This document shows, piece after piece, positions 27,833-41,049 of a stretch of DNA of 64,000 bases. The translations under genes were made by a program, and so were the position numbers. How positions within the stretch are numbered: position 1 is the stretch's first letter; the number at the start of each line of letters is the position of its first letter. The DNA is from Octopus sinensis (Eukaryota). The stretch lies in the NCBI RefSeq assembly GCF_006345805.1, contig NC_042997.1:12958001-13022000 (forward strand). Direction: 5' to 3'. Below the pieces are notes generated by a model. That model saw only the letters and a list, made by a program, of their open reading frames with translations. It was not told the DNA's origin and did not search any database.

Positions 27833-28171
27833 GGCGCATGGCTCAGTGGTTAGAGCATCGAGCTTACGATCGTGAGGTTGTGAGCTCGAATCCCGGACCG
27901 GGCTGCGTGTTGTGTTCTTGAGCAAGGCACTTTATTTCACGTTGCTCCAGTTCACTCAGCTGTAGAAATGAGTTGCGACGTCACAGGTGCCAAGCTGTAT
28001 CGGCCTTTGTCTTTCCCTTGGATAACACTGGTGGCGTGGAGAGGGGAGGCCGGTATGCATGGGCGACTGCTGGTCTTCCATAAACAACCTTGCCCGGACT
28101 TGTGTCTAGGAGGGTAACTTTCTATGTGCAATGCCATGGTCATTCATGACCGAAGGGGGTCTTTACCCTTT
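27833..28171 (+). mobile_element. tRNA-derived SINE with a CORE-like central domain (family D)
   Basis: A-box TGGCTCAGTGG, B-box GCTCGAATCC; TTGAGCAAGGCACTTTATTTCAC..CAGCTGTAGAAATGAG resembles the CORE-SINE domain. Confidence 0.7.
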
Positions 28172-28190
28172 ATATACATATATACACACA

Positions 28191-28287
<97 letters not shown>

Positions 28288-28289
28288 GA

Positions 28290-29005
28290 CTAATTTCCAG
28301 ATCTTGCTCGCTCCCTTGTTATTAACGGCTTCTCTAAGCAGTTTGTGTATCTCGATGCAACATTCACTGTCCATAGTACAATGACATTTCAGAAAATCAA
28401 GGAAAATGATAGCCTTTTCGACCCGGAAAATATTCACCTTTTTTCCTGAGCCAATCACTTGCTCCTGGACTTCTCATGCTTTCCGAAAGAGGTGCGCTAC
28501 CATTTTATACACTAAATTTTAATTTGTGTACCACGAATATACGTCCATGATTCATCCATATCTCATCTATATTACGTCAAGATCTTCCAGAACACATGAG
28601 CCGTCTTCCACATTTCTCTTTCTTTCATATTGGCTGTGATCTGCTGAAAACCACTTTGCATATATTTTTCGATGCCAAAATCTTCTGCCTTCTGCAATAC
28701 ATTGCACCCCAATTCTAATTGTGAGATGTATAACCATGGAAATAAATTGATCCACTCAATGTCTCTTCGGGAGCGCAGGCATAGTTGATGGTTTATCCCA
28801 TTGCCTGATTTACTTCCCTTTCAGGATTTTCTTTGTTTGAGCTTCGTCATCCGTCTGTATGCATTGCTCTTTTCATTAATGAATCACTAAACGAAGACAC
28901 ATTTGTCAAGAGTGTCTCAACAGCACATATGCGATGTTTGAAATTGTTTTCTTATAACGTTCTAGTTGATATTTGCATTTGTGTTTTGAATAGAGAATTC
29001 CACTG
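28290..29005 (-). pseudogene. Heavily decayed mariner-like transposase
   Basis: Minus-strand fragments HLTIRIGVQCIAE..RKIYAKW.SAD and GSGKKV..IIFLDFLKCHCTMDSECCIEIHKLLREAVNNK resemble the mariner HTH/linker and catalytic regions. Confidence 0.5.
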
Positions 29006-29060
29006 GAGTTACCGATAAGCTTTGATCGTATACATAAATGCTCAGCCCATGTGTATGAGC

Positions 29061-29292
29061 TGGAGGCGCAATGGCCTAGTGGATAGGGCAGCGGACCCGC
29101 GGTAGGAGGATCGCGGTTCCGATTCCTAGACCGGGCGTTGCGCGTGTTTATTAAGCGAAAATATCTAAAAGCTCCTTGCTTGTACTCTTTCGCCACAACT
29201 TTCTCTCACTTTCTCTTCCTGTTTCTTGAGTAATGCTGTGATGCACTGGCGTCCCGTCCAGCTAGGGCGAACACATACGCCACAGAAACCGG
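29061..29292 (+). mobile_element. SINE with family A head and a different tail (type 2)
   Basis: Head and body match family A up to CTTCCTGTTTCT, then GAGTAATGCTGTGATGCACTGGCGTCCCGTCCAG..ACAGAAACCGG. Confidence 0.8.
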
Positions 29293-30505
29293 TTTTTACA
29301 AACGAATTCAAATATTTCCTTACACTGAATTCTACTAGTTAATATTGTCTATAATTATCATTTGTCATTCAAGAACATTTACGATTTCACAGGATTTTAT
29401 TTCACATAGCAAATATTATATTTATATCTTCATTTTATTTTTCTGATATTTTCTATTATTCTAAGTATTTCTGATATTTCATTCAAAATATACTATACAA
29501 GTAAAATAAAACATAAGGAATTATATATTGCCAGAAGGTTTATTTCCTTTGGATATATATTAAATTCCTCTCATCACAAGACATTCCTTAGGCAAAATTT
29601 GAAAAGGAAGCCGCAAATATAAAGAGTGAAAAACCAATTTTATGCGTCTAGCAGCTTTTTAGTCTCGTATGCCAAAGTCTCAAACAAAAATAAATAAATT
29701 ATCTGAAAATATAAATAAAATAATAGGCAATTTTGGTTGTGTCTGCTTCAGTAAGTTTTCTTTATGAGTGACCACATGTTGCTATAAATAGGGTGAAGTT
29801 TTCATCGCTCTTGTTACCCACATCCAAATATGCTGCCTGATAATAATTTCATAAACTTTCAATCTCTGTATAAAACAAAGATGCTCTTCTTTTCTAATAA
29901 GTGTTTTCAGTGTCTATTTTGTTGTGGTTTTGTATTGTATATACATCATATGTCTGGGGTAATTGCTTTTTTAAAAAATTATTTTAACATAGTTATAGAT
30001 TCTATTTAAAATCAAGATCGACTTATTTTAAAACAGTTTAGATAAAATTGTAACTCGGCCTCCAAGTATTATTGAATTTAATTGTTGTAACAATATCCAT
30101 ATGCTTACCAATTAGCCTCACTCATATAACGATATGAAGAAGTAATGTTAGGTTCAATGTTCAGTCTATTCATACCCTAAACCATATTATGAGGCACTTA
30201 ATCCAATATAATCAAAAGGTTGGTGAATGATAGCAAAAGGATATTTTTCTGGGCAATATTGGACAACATTTCTTACTGAGAAGTAACCATAACAAACCAG
30301 AAGACAAGTAACAAAATATTATATAACAGCAAGAATCAATCATCAGTTCCAATATTATTTTCACCATATCACAGGTCATAGCAACACTTGCGTCCCGACA
30401 GCCATAGTGTAACAGCATTTCAGCAGCAAGGAAATCCATTAAAAAAGCAATTCCTCTGAATTAACTACTAAAAACTCATAGAAAAGTTTTTATCTTTGCA
30501 TGATC

Positions 30506-30907
30506 AGGAGTGGCTGCGTGGTAAGTAGTTTGCTTACGTACCATATGGTTCCGGGTTCAGTCCCCCTGCGTAGCTCCTTGGGCAAGTGTCTTCTACTATA
30601 CCCTCAGGCTGACCAAAGCCTTGTGAGTGGATTTGGTAGACGGAAACTGAAGGAAGCCCATCGTATATATGTATGTATATATGTATATGTGTGTATATGT
30701 TTGTGTGTCTGTGTTTGTCCCCCCTAGCATCTCTTGACAACGGATGCTGGTGTGTTTACATCCTCATAACTTAGTGGTTCGGCAAAAGAGACTGATAAGA
30801 ACTAGGCTTACAAAGAATAAGCGCTGGGGTCAATTTGCTCAGTTAAAGAAGGTGCTCCAGCATGGCTACAGTCAAATGACTGAAGCAAGTAAAAGAGTAA
30901 AAGAGTA
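30506..30907 (+). mobile_element. SINE family B, full length
   Basis: Head TGGCTGCGTGG / GGTTCAGTCCC, central (TA/TG)n, (GTAAAAGA)n end; colinear with the 52993 copy. Confidence 0.9.
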
Positions 30908-31381
30908 TGCGCATTTCACATCTAAAGCACATATCTACAGATTTTTCTTTGGTCATACATCTTCCCTCATTTGCACAAGTTGGAGTGTCCCGCGCAGGTT
31001 CCCGAAACCAGTCAGGCTTATGCTGTTAATATTCTATGTAGCCTGCTGTAAGTCAGTGCATGCAGGAAAGATAGTAATTAGGGAACAGATATCAATGTGC
31101 CGATGCTCTAGGAAAGGACGACTGGGCAGAGTGGTTAATGCGAGCTTAATGTTTTCGATATACCATGTGAGGCAAGATAAGAAAGGACAAATAACAACTG
31201 TATTTGAATGCATTGCTGGAAAAGTCACCAGACCATTTGGCTCCGAGGAAAAGAAAACAGACAAGAGATGGTACATTTGTGAGCTAAGAGAATTTATGAC
31301 ACACAGTGGGGTGATCTTTCTCAAAATATATTCTACGCTTCTATGTGTGCAGAATATATTCTACGCTTCTATGTGTACAGT

Positions 31382-31766
31382 GTGGAGGTGCAATGGCCCA
31401 GTGGTTAGGGCAGCGGACTCGCGGTCATAGGATCGCGGTTTCGATTCCCAGACCGGGCGTTGTGAGTGTTTCTTGAGCGAAAACACCTAAAGCTCCACGA
31501 GGCTCCGGCAGGGGATGGTGGTGATCCCTGCTGTACTCTTTCACCACAACTTTCTCTCACTCTTACTTCCTGTTTCTGTTGTACCTGTATTTCAAAGGGC
31601 CGGCCTTGTCACTCTCTGTGTCACGCTGAACATCCCCGAGAACTACGTTAAGGGTACACGTGTCTGTGGAGTGCTCAGCCACTTACACGTTAATTTCACG
31701 AGCAGGCTGTTCCGTTGATTCGGATCAACCGGAACCCTCGTCGTCGTAACCGACGGAGTGCTTCCA
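31382..31766 (+). mobile_element. SINE family A, tail type 1
   Basis: Near-identical to the 6259 and 53753 copies; 11-bp TSD ATGTGT(A/G)CAGT at 31371-31381 and 31766-31776. Confidence 0.92.
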
Positions 31767-33131
31767 TGTGTGCAGTAGCAGCACTATTTCGGAAGTTGCA
31801 TGCATTTGAATATTGCTGATTGTCAACAACTGCAGGGGTCTGAAATATTTTCGGAACCTGAAGAGACGGACCAGTGTTTGGTATGTATTCCTAGCTATGT
31901 CGAATACATAATTTACCAAGGATGAAACTATGGTGATAATAAGACCTGACATCTAGAGGGGCCGTAAAGACACTAACTGAATGATGATCATGCTTAAAGA
32001 TAGTGTGATATAAAGATTTTGTCTTGATATCAGCAACAGCCGTTTATTCGTTGTTGATTTTTTAAACTTTTTTATTCATAAGTGCATGGGTATAGGGGGG
32101 ATCGGTAAAAAAGAGAAAGTTATTATACCCTTATCAATGCTTTCGTATAGATATTTTTTCATGGAATCAATGGAGTTTTCTATTTAATGTCTCAAGATAT
32201 GCTTCGAAGTAGCTTTGCATGGGAAGGTCAAAGAACAACAAAGTATTAGTAGAGTAACTTTGAAAGATAAAAAGAATAGTATGTAAAACAAAACAATAGA
32301 CACGCCACTATGGATTGCGAGTGGAACGTATAGAACTCCGTCTATATGGGCTGATATAGTGCGATCTGATCTGAAGGCACCGATCCAAGAATGGTGGTGG
32401 CTATAGACGCAAAGTTTATGTAGGATATTTACGTGCAAAGTACAGTCGACATATATACTACGTCAACAACATTGCTTGCAGCAAATTTTTCTTAGGTGAG
32501 AAACACTGACGGTTCACACTAAACAGATATTCTGTTGAAGCACTACTGGTCGTTCGCTGAGAGAGAGGATGAATGATTAGAAATGTTTGAGACATTATAG
32601 TGAATAGTAGTCGCCATTACTCTTGAGATATAAAAAGTGAGAGCAATAAGACGATGATGAAGAGGACGAGGATATATATATATGTTTCCTGCCAATTGGC
32701 TCGCATTATAACGTTTCCAAAATGCCTATAAAGATTGAGAGATTAAAGCTTTTGTTAGGCATAAGATTAAGCTGTGAGACTCAAATTTAGAGTAAAGGAA
32801 GGTTGCCAAAACTGAAGTATCTGTGTGAAACATATAAGCAGTGATGTTGTGTATCTAGGACAATGAGTATACGAATTTACATCTGTTTTCGATAATCGTA
32901 AGGAAACAATAATTTTACTGCTTATTCAGACAACAACATACAAATATTAAAATATGCTATAAAGTTCATCAACCTCGAAATTTTTCAATGTATAATAATT
33001 TCATCGGCAACCCCTATTCTTTCATAGACTATCCAGTGATAGCTCATTTTATTTACCACCAACGGCCCACTAATAATAGAAAAAAAAGACATGAATGAAA
33101 GAATTATACACATATGAGTACAAGGGAAACC

Positions 33132-33303
33132 AAACAAAATTGTATAAAATACAGGAGAGAGGTTTACATAAGGTATATAATTTATACAATTATATATATA
33201 TATATATATAATATATATATATATATATAATATATATATATATAATTGTATAAATTATATACCTTATGTAAACCTCTCTCCTGTATTTTATACAATTTTG
33301 TTT
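33132..33303. repeat. Perfect inverted repeat, ~63-bp arms around (TA)n
   Basis: 33132-33194 is the reverse complement of 33241-33303. Confidence 0.92.
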
Positions 33304-33307
33304 ATAC

Positions 33308-33390
33308 AATTATGGCTTCATAAATACATATATATTTCTAATTATATATATATATGATTAGAAATATATATGTATTATGAAGCCATAATT
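33308..33390. repeat. Second inverted repeat, ~35-bp arms around (TA)n
   Basis: AATTATGGCTTCATAAATACATATATATTTCTAAT / ATTAGAAATATATATGTATTATGAAGCCATAATT, one indel. Confidence 0.88.
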
Positions 33391-34943
33391 TATTATAATG
33401 AACAGACATTAAATAAAAGATGGTGAGGATTTAAAATGAAGTAGCCATATACTCAGTATACAGGTTGAGCCACCAAGTAGGTTGAGCCAAAGAAATCTCC
33501 GACACTGGCCATTCATCAGGCTTCGAAACTGACATCTTCGAAGGCGACCACGAATAATTTTTTGCCGTGTGACTGAACCAGAATTGCCCTCCATTTGGTG
33601 TAATTGCATATTAGATAATCAAGGGGTGCTAATTAGATTTTTATTAGCGTTCTGTCATTCGAGACTTCAACAACATTACTTTCAGTCTTTCCTCCCATTC
33701 AATATATTCAATAACACTGTAGGTTTATTTTGTTATGTTTGAAAGGTTTCTTTGTTACGTTTGAAAGCGATGAACTATCATTTTCCTTCGGCCTTACTAA
33801 GATAGAATGGTCGTTTCTGGCGGGAATAGTTCTTTTACTGGTGTGATGACAGAATCTTTGTTCTATTGCGTGTTTTTTCCACTGTCTCTAGTAATATGAG
33901 ACTACTCATCTTCCATCTCATCCTCATTATTACAGACGATGCGCTGGCACTTCTGGTCTAAGAAACTGTTGCTGGTAGCTGTTTTAAAGATTCAGCTCAA
34001 GACTGATCAAACAGTATTTACAACTCAGACATTTTAGAGATATATAGGCTTCATATCTCGTGCTTTTTCCCTTTTTCTAAGATAGTCAGTTAAGAGTGAT
34101 AGGGATGCCACATCAGGTTATTGGAGCCAAAAGGTAATGTTACCCTCGCTCTTTCAGACATGATTTTGTGTTTTTCTTTTTTTTCTTTTTGTGGTTTGGT
34201 GAGCGAGTTTCTATAGCAGCAGTAGTATACAGTAACAACCAAATAACTATATTTATTTGATATTTTTTCCAGCTGTCATTTCCCCTACCTTTTTCTCATT
34301 TCATTTATTAAGCATTATTCTTTACGTATAAAATTATTAAGCATTATTCTTTACGTAGGAAAGATATTCATTGCAAAAATTCTATTTTCCCCATCATGTT
34401 CAATACAAAGTAAAGAAGTGAATTGATAAGTAAATACAGCGTTTCGATGTTATTAAGTACCCAGTAGGTAGTCTGTATATAGAAATTAAATGTTTTATCC
34501 ATCCACACTAATCTGTCGTTTTTTGCATGCTATACCGACGACTTCAAAAATGGCAACATATAGACGAAACCATTAGGTGCACTTACAAATATACGAAAAA
34601 TACATAGATATGTGTATGTGTAGGGATGTATGAATGTACATCAATATATACGTTTATGCTTATAAGACCCATGTTTCTTTTGATTAAATAACAGGGGTTC
34701 TCTCTTACTTATGAGAAAAAATATTTTTTTATTATTAACAGCGTCACTGGTATTACTGCAGCAAGAAGCAGACGCGTATTAATAGTAGCGGTGAGAGGGT
34801 GGTCTCCAATATGCTTTGCAATATTTTGTTAGCCGTGGGTTATTTTGGTTTTTGTATCTATTCGTGTATTATTATTATTATTGTATCTATTCGTGTATTA
34901 TTATTACTTTGTTTATCCAATATTTACTTTATGCATACACACA

Positions 34944-35008
<65 letters not shown>

Positions 35009-36682
35009 TATATATATATACATATATACATATATACATATATACATATATACATATGTGTATATATATTTATGCGCAAATACATATACACACATATATA
35101 TACATACACACCCACGCACACACACACACATATATATCTAAGGAAAAAAGAACATTACCGAGAAGCAAGATGAAATATAAATGTTATCTATGGAAATGTC
35201 AAACGCCATTTCGTGATATCTATTCAGATTAAATTTACTAAATGATATCCTTTAGTATTATTTTTTCTTTCTATCCTTTATATTCGTACTCTCGCCAACC
35301 CTCTTCTTTTAACTATTTCTCTTCTGTGGACTTTACGTGTTTTTAACATATTCTCAAAGTTTCTTATAAACTGGAATGTAAAAAAGAATCAATAGTGTAC
35401 CACAAATACGACAACAATAACATATTGAATTATTATAGTTTAAACTCCTGTTGATAATTCGATTCTTCCAATTAAAACATCTTTGTCTGGGATATTATTA
35501 ACTAAATAAATACTTAATGCATAAATATGCCCATGGCTTACAAATTCTTTTTAAATAAAGAGTGTGAAAGGAAAGGAGAGATTGGAAGAAAAAACATGGT
35601 GATATGATGTATGTTTCGAAAATAATGCATAGTTTTATGCGAAATTTTAATGGATTCTGTTTTGCATGCAAATGTAATTTTACTATAAATTTGAAAAAAG
35701 ACAACTTCTACGTAGCATTCTAAAATAAGTTTTGGCAGAAAATCCTTTTAAAACACTAAATCGATAAGAAAATAACAAGAAAAATTGTAAGCGATATATG
35801 GAATATATGCATAGACATGAAACATTTTCTTTTCATTTGTTTTCGTTTTTCTATTTTACGTTTCAAGTTTCTTTATACAGCTCAAGTGATTTGAATCTAT
35901 AAATTCATAGTATTATTATATGAAAATAAATTTATAATAATTTATATGTATATTAGACAATAAAAACTTATTGATAACACTCATATGAATTTATCCACGA
36001 AATCAAACCAATAAACGCAACAGTTGACATAATTTGGTTTACTTCTTCCGTACTGAAGGTATTTGAAGTATTTTGATAAATCAGCTTCTTACTGGATAGT
36101 GAACGAAACCAAATTGTTTTATAGTCTAAGGAACACAATTAAAAACTATTCCATTTTGATACTAACAATACAACTTTAAAAATCTATTTATATTTTCCTG
36201 TCTAGAAAGTAATATACATCATGATGCTCTGAGTTTTATGGATTTCAAAACTCAGCATACGGAACGCGAAAGTTTTCATTCTATAATTCTAAATAAAATT
36301 CCATAGCGCAATATGTTACCTTTGTGTTTCACTAACACCACAACGATTGATGAAATATATTCTTTTAATAAACTGTCTTTCATCACAAATCAATTATTAC
36401 TTCTCATTACTTCCCGTCTACGCGCGCGCACACACACACACACTCACACACACACACACAAACACACAAACACGCAGAAGCACACGCACACACACAACAT
36501 ATATATTGTTATTTTTTGGGCTGGTCATATCCCTTCTTTGCCAACTAACCACGCGTATATATATGTATGTATGTATAAAAAATTTAGATTCAGATGAATA
36601 TGGTACTTAAGTTGAGGCACCAGAATTTTTTATGGTATTATCCATATAATTTAAAATAAGGTGATTATAATCGAATTAGCAA

Positions 36683-36724
36683 CAAGGATATCCAGAGGTA
36701 ATGCATTACCTCTGGATATCCTTG
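36683..36724. repeat. Perfect spacerless 42-bp palindrome
   Basis: CAAGGATATCCAGAGGTAATG|CATTACCTCTGGATATCCTTG. Confidence 0.95.
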
Positions 36725-36734
36725 ATGGATGTCT

Positions 36735-36780
<46 letters not shown>

Positions 36781-36787
<7 letters not shown>

Positions 36788-37152
36788 ACAAGATAAGGGC
36801 AAAAGAAAAATTCTAATGCCAAATATGCCGAAAAAAAGACAAAAATTATCAATAACCATTATAATTTACGCATCTCGAAACAAACCGATAGAAATTTCTA
36901 TAAAAATTCGTTATTACCATATTGGTCCAATTTCGGGGTTAATTCATAAGAAATGTTCCCTTCTTCAGCGGCAAATACGCGAGATATAAGTGAAAAACTT
37001 ACTCATACCAATGGAAAAAGCAAGCCCTAAGTCCTGAGCAGACCTAAATACCCCAATATATCCATAAATTATAATGGTTATTGACAATTTTAGTCTTTTT
37101 TTCGGCATATTTGGCATTAGAATTTTTCTTTTGCCCTTATCTTGTAAATTAT
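36781..37152 (-). mobile_element. 372-bp element with 88-bp inverted ends and an internal hammerhead (PLE-derived, non-autonomous); copy 1
   Basis: 36781-36868 is inverted at 37065-37152 with 2 mismatches; HHR at 36916-36972; left end abuts (TA)n. Confidence 0.7.
36916..36972 (-). ncRNA. Type I hammerhead ribozyme motif with intact core
   Basis: Minus strand GCCG-CTGAAGA-A-GGG..CCC-C-GAAA-TTGG-A-CCAA-TA-TGGT: all core nucleotides present, stem III palindromic with a 1-nt loop, AUA cleavage triplet. Confidence 0.78.
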
Positions 37153-37239
37153 TTATAAATTTAACCTTTAAAGGTATTTTTTGATATGCTGGCCATTGAT
37201 AAACTTTTTTTCCCGAAAAAAATTTTATCGTACATTAGT

Positions 37240-37301
<62 letters not shown>

Positions 37302-37313
37302 CTAATGTACGAT

Positions 37314-37355
<42 letters not shown>

Positions 37356-37649
37356 AAGAATTCCACAACCTGGGACCTTGAAAACTGCTTTAATGCAAGA
37401 AAGTATACTAGTCCCTTAATATTTGATATTCAATATTTCATCTATTCAATAATACAATCAATACTTCATTTCATTTTACTATATATACTATTTATACTAT
37501 ATATTCTATATTCTACATTGATATTATAAAGAATATAAATAAAACATAAAAAACAGAGTTGGAATTCCTTTGAATAATATATCTATATATATATATACAC
37601 AATCATACAAACCCCTTTTTATTTATATGTATATAGATACATACATACA

Positions 37650-37696
<47 letters not shown>

Positions 37697-37703
<7 letters not shown>

Positions 37704-38069
37704 ACAAGATAAGGGCAAAAGAAAAATTCTAATGCCAAATATGCCGAAAAAAAGACAAAAATTATCAATAACCATTATAATTTACGCATCTCGAAACAAA
37801 CCGATAGAAATTTCTATAAAAATTCGTTATTACCATATTGGTCCAATTTCGGGGTTAATTCATAAGAAATGTTCCCTTCTTCAGCGGCAAATACGCGAGA
37901 TATAAGTGAAAAACTTACTCATACCAATGGAAAAAGCAAGCCCTAAGTCCTGAGCAGACCTAAATACCCCAAATATATCCATAAATTATAATGGTTATTG
38001 ACAATTTTAGTCTTTTTTTCGGCATATTTGGCATTAGAATTTTTCTTTTGCCCTTATCTTGTAAATTAT
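37697..38069 (-). mobile_element. Copy 2 of the inverted-end HHR element; HHR at 37832-37888
   Basis: Identical to copy 1 apart from a 1-bp indel. Confidence 0.7.
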
Positions 38070-38155
38070 TTATAAATTTAACCTTTAAAGGTATTTTTTG
38101 ATATGCTGGCCATTGATAAACTTTTTTTCCCGAAAAAAATTTTATCGTACATTAG

Positions 38156-38215
<60 letters not shown>

Positions 38216-38227
38216 CTAATGTACGAT

Positions 38228-38284
<57 letters not shown>

Positions 38285-38588
38285 AAGAATTCCACAACCT
38301 GGGACCTTGAAAACTGCTTTAATGCAAGAAAGTATACTAGTCCCTTAATATTTGATATTCAATATTTCATCTATTCAATAATACAATCAATACTTCATTT
38401 CATTTTACTATATATACTATTTATACTATATATTCTATATTCTACATTGATATTATAAAGAATATAAATAAAACATAAAAAACAGAGTTGGAATTCCTTT
38501 GAATAATATATCTATATATATATATACACAATCATACAACCCCTTTTTATTTATATGTATATAGATACATACATACATGCATATATAT

Positions 38589-38693
<105 letters not shown>

Positions 38694-39150
38694 GCATATA
38701 TATATATATATATATATATATGCGTGTGTGTGTGTGCGTGTAGTTATGTATGTATATACGTATGTAGGCCTATTTTTCTTGACCTGCAGTTACCCTGCCA
38801 ATTTAAACACAAAATGCCTTCTATGAGTGTTTAATATCTAAAACCAATATGGAAATGTAATAACGCCGATACCTTCAGCTAATCTATATGCATGTGTTCT
38901 CTGCGTATGTGTGTGATTTTCCGTTTCGTTGATATTCTTTGTGTGTGTGTATGCGTGTGTGTATGCGTGTGTGTAATCATACACTTCTGTGTGTGTTTTG
39001 TTGTTTCCTCATTTCTCATCTTAGATCGAGGTTACCTGGTGAAATATTTCCCCATTCGTGACTCTTGTATATCTAGGACTTAAATGACTAATGGGTCTTC
39101 TTATTCAAGTCAGTGCTGTTTGGACTGAGGTAGAATATGCTATTATTTCT

Positions 39151-39381
39151 TATTTCTTTACTACCCACAAGGGGCTAAACATAGAGGGGACAAAAAAGGA
39201 CAGTCAAAGGGATTAAGTCGATTATATCGAAACCAGTGTGTAACTGGTAGTTAATTTATCGACCCCGTAAGGATGAAAGGCAAAGTCAACCTCGGCGGAA
39301 TTTGAACTCAGAACGTAGCGGCAGACGAAATACCGTTATTCATTTCGCCCGACGCGCTAACGTCTCTGTCAGTTCGCCGCC
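39151..39381 (-). mobile_element. SINE family C monomer
   Basis: Colinear with the 50466-50686 copy. Confidence 0.85.
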
Positions 39382-40146
39382 TTTTTTGCAATTATTTCTA
39401 GCAAGTCGAACGAGCAAAAATGACTCCATCATTGAGACTTTTGTGTATATGAGCGAATATTGGAGAGTAGACGAGAGTGTTCGTATTAAAATACAAATGC
39501 TTAATGATAATAAGCGTTGAAGAACCAGGCAATATTTTACAAGTAACTACTTCTATTTTAATAATAGAAAGCAATTTTCGTGAAGAACTTAGAACCAAAA
39601 TGTGATTTCTTATTTCTATTCATATTTCCACTTTTCAAAATAAATCATATTAACGTTTGCACTTGAATTCTTATTTAATGACTGTTGAATTGGTTAAAAT
39701 AGATGACCAGATTTTGCTTTTAGATTTCCCCACATACCGTTGTTCATATGTGATTGAATTCAGTTAAGCAATGAGATATTTAACATGATGTTTCAATGTC
39801 GAAGGAAAAACTATTACACTCACCTCCCTAATCTGGTAGGAAAAACATCGAGCCCAATCACAAGTAAATTATATATTAAAAATCCAACAACAAGAACAAC
39901 GGCAGCAATGGTAATATTCATAACTATAATATTAAATAAATACAAAGAATCTACAAAAATATTAATCGTTTTCAAAAGATAAATTAGTAAATGTAATTGC
40001 TTGCAACAACAAGAACAAAAACAATTACAGAACACAAACAATAAAAATAACAATGGAATCAGTATAACAAAATCGCAACCAGAAAGTACCTCTATGAACA
40101 CTCTGAATCATCTAGAAATAACAATTACAATTCAACGGAAACATAT

Positions 40147-40548
40147 TATTTCTTTATTACCCACAAGGGGCTAAACATAGAGGGGACAAACAAATGGATT
40201 AAATCGATTACATCGACCCCAGTGCGTGACTCGTACGTTATTTATCGACCCCGAAAGGATGAAAGGTAAAGTCGACCTCGGCGGAATTTGAACTCAGAAC
40301 GTAGCGGCAGACGAAATACCTATTTCTTTATTACCCACAAGGGGCTAAACACAGAGGGGAAAAACAAGGACATACATAGGTATTAAGTCGATTACATCGA
40401 CCCCAGTGCGTACCTGGTACTTAATTTATCGACCCCGAAAGGATGAAAGGCAAAGTCGACCTCGGCGGAATTTGAACTCACAACGTAACGCAGACGAAAT
40501 ACCGCTAAGCATTTCGCCCGGCGTGCTAAAGTTTCTGCCAGCTCGCTG
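40147..40548 (-). mobile_element. SINE family C tandem dimer
   Basis: Same GAAATACC|TATTTC junction (40313-40326) as the 11009 copy. Confidence 0.88.
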
Positions 40549-40599
40549 CTTTAACATAACAGCATATGTTTCTATATTAACATTGACAGATGCTTTTGT

Positions 40600-40865
40600 G
40601 GTTGAGAAGTTCACACTGTAATCACGTTGTTTCGGGTTCTTTCCCATTGCGCGGCACCTTTGGAAAGTATCTGTTCCAATAGTCCCGGGATGATCATCGC
40701 TTTGTGAATGAACCTAGTCGACGGAAACTATGTGGAAGACCATCGTACATAATATGCGCGCGTGTGTGCGAGTGTATACGGTTTGTGTTTGTGTTCGTTT
40801 CCACCACCGTTCGACAACCGATATTGTCTCCTTTACGTCCTCGCAAATTAGCAGTCCAGTAAAAT
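40600..40865 (+). mobile_element. Old family-B-related SINE
   Basis: TTTGTGAATGAACCTAGTCGACGGAAACT..GACAACCGAT..TTAGCAGT resembles the family B body. Confidence 0.5.
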
Positions 40866-41049
40866 ATTAGTAATATCCCAATAAAATAACTGAAGTATAC
40901 ATAAAATCATATATTCTGAATTGTGCTTCTAGTGTATTCGTGAACAACTTATAAAACCAGACTTGTGTTGATTTAAGTATATTAACTATATTATTTGTAT
41001 AATCATCTATTTAAACTAAATAAAGGATTTGGAAGATTTGGCGGGAGTT

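Noticed and set aside
30744-31430. 228-aa ORF as a gene
   Set aside because: Starts inside SINE B and ends inside SINE A, with no recognisable domain.
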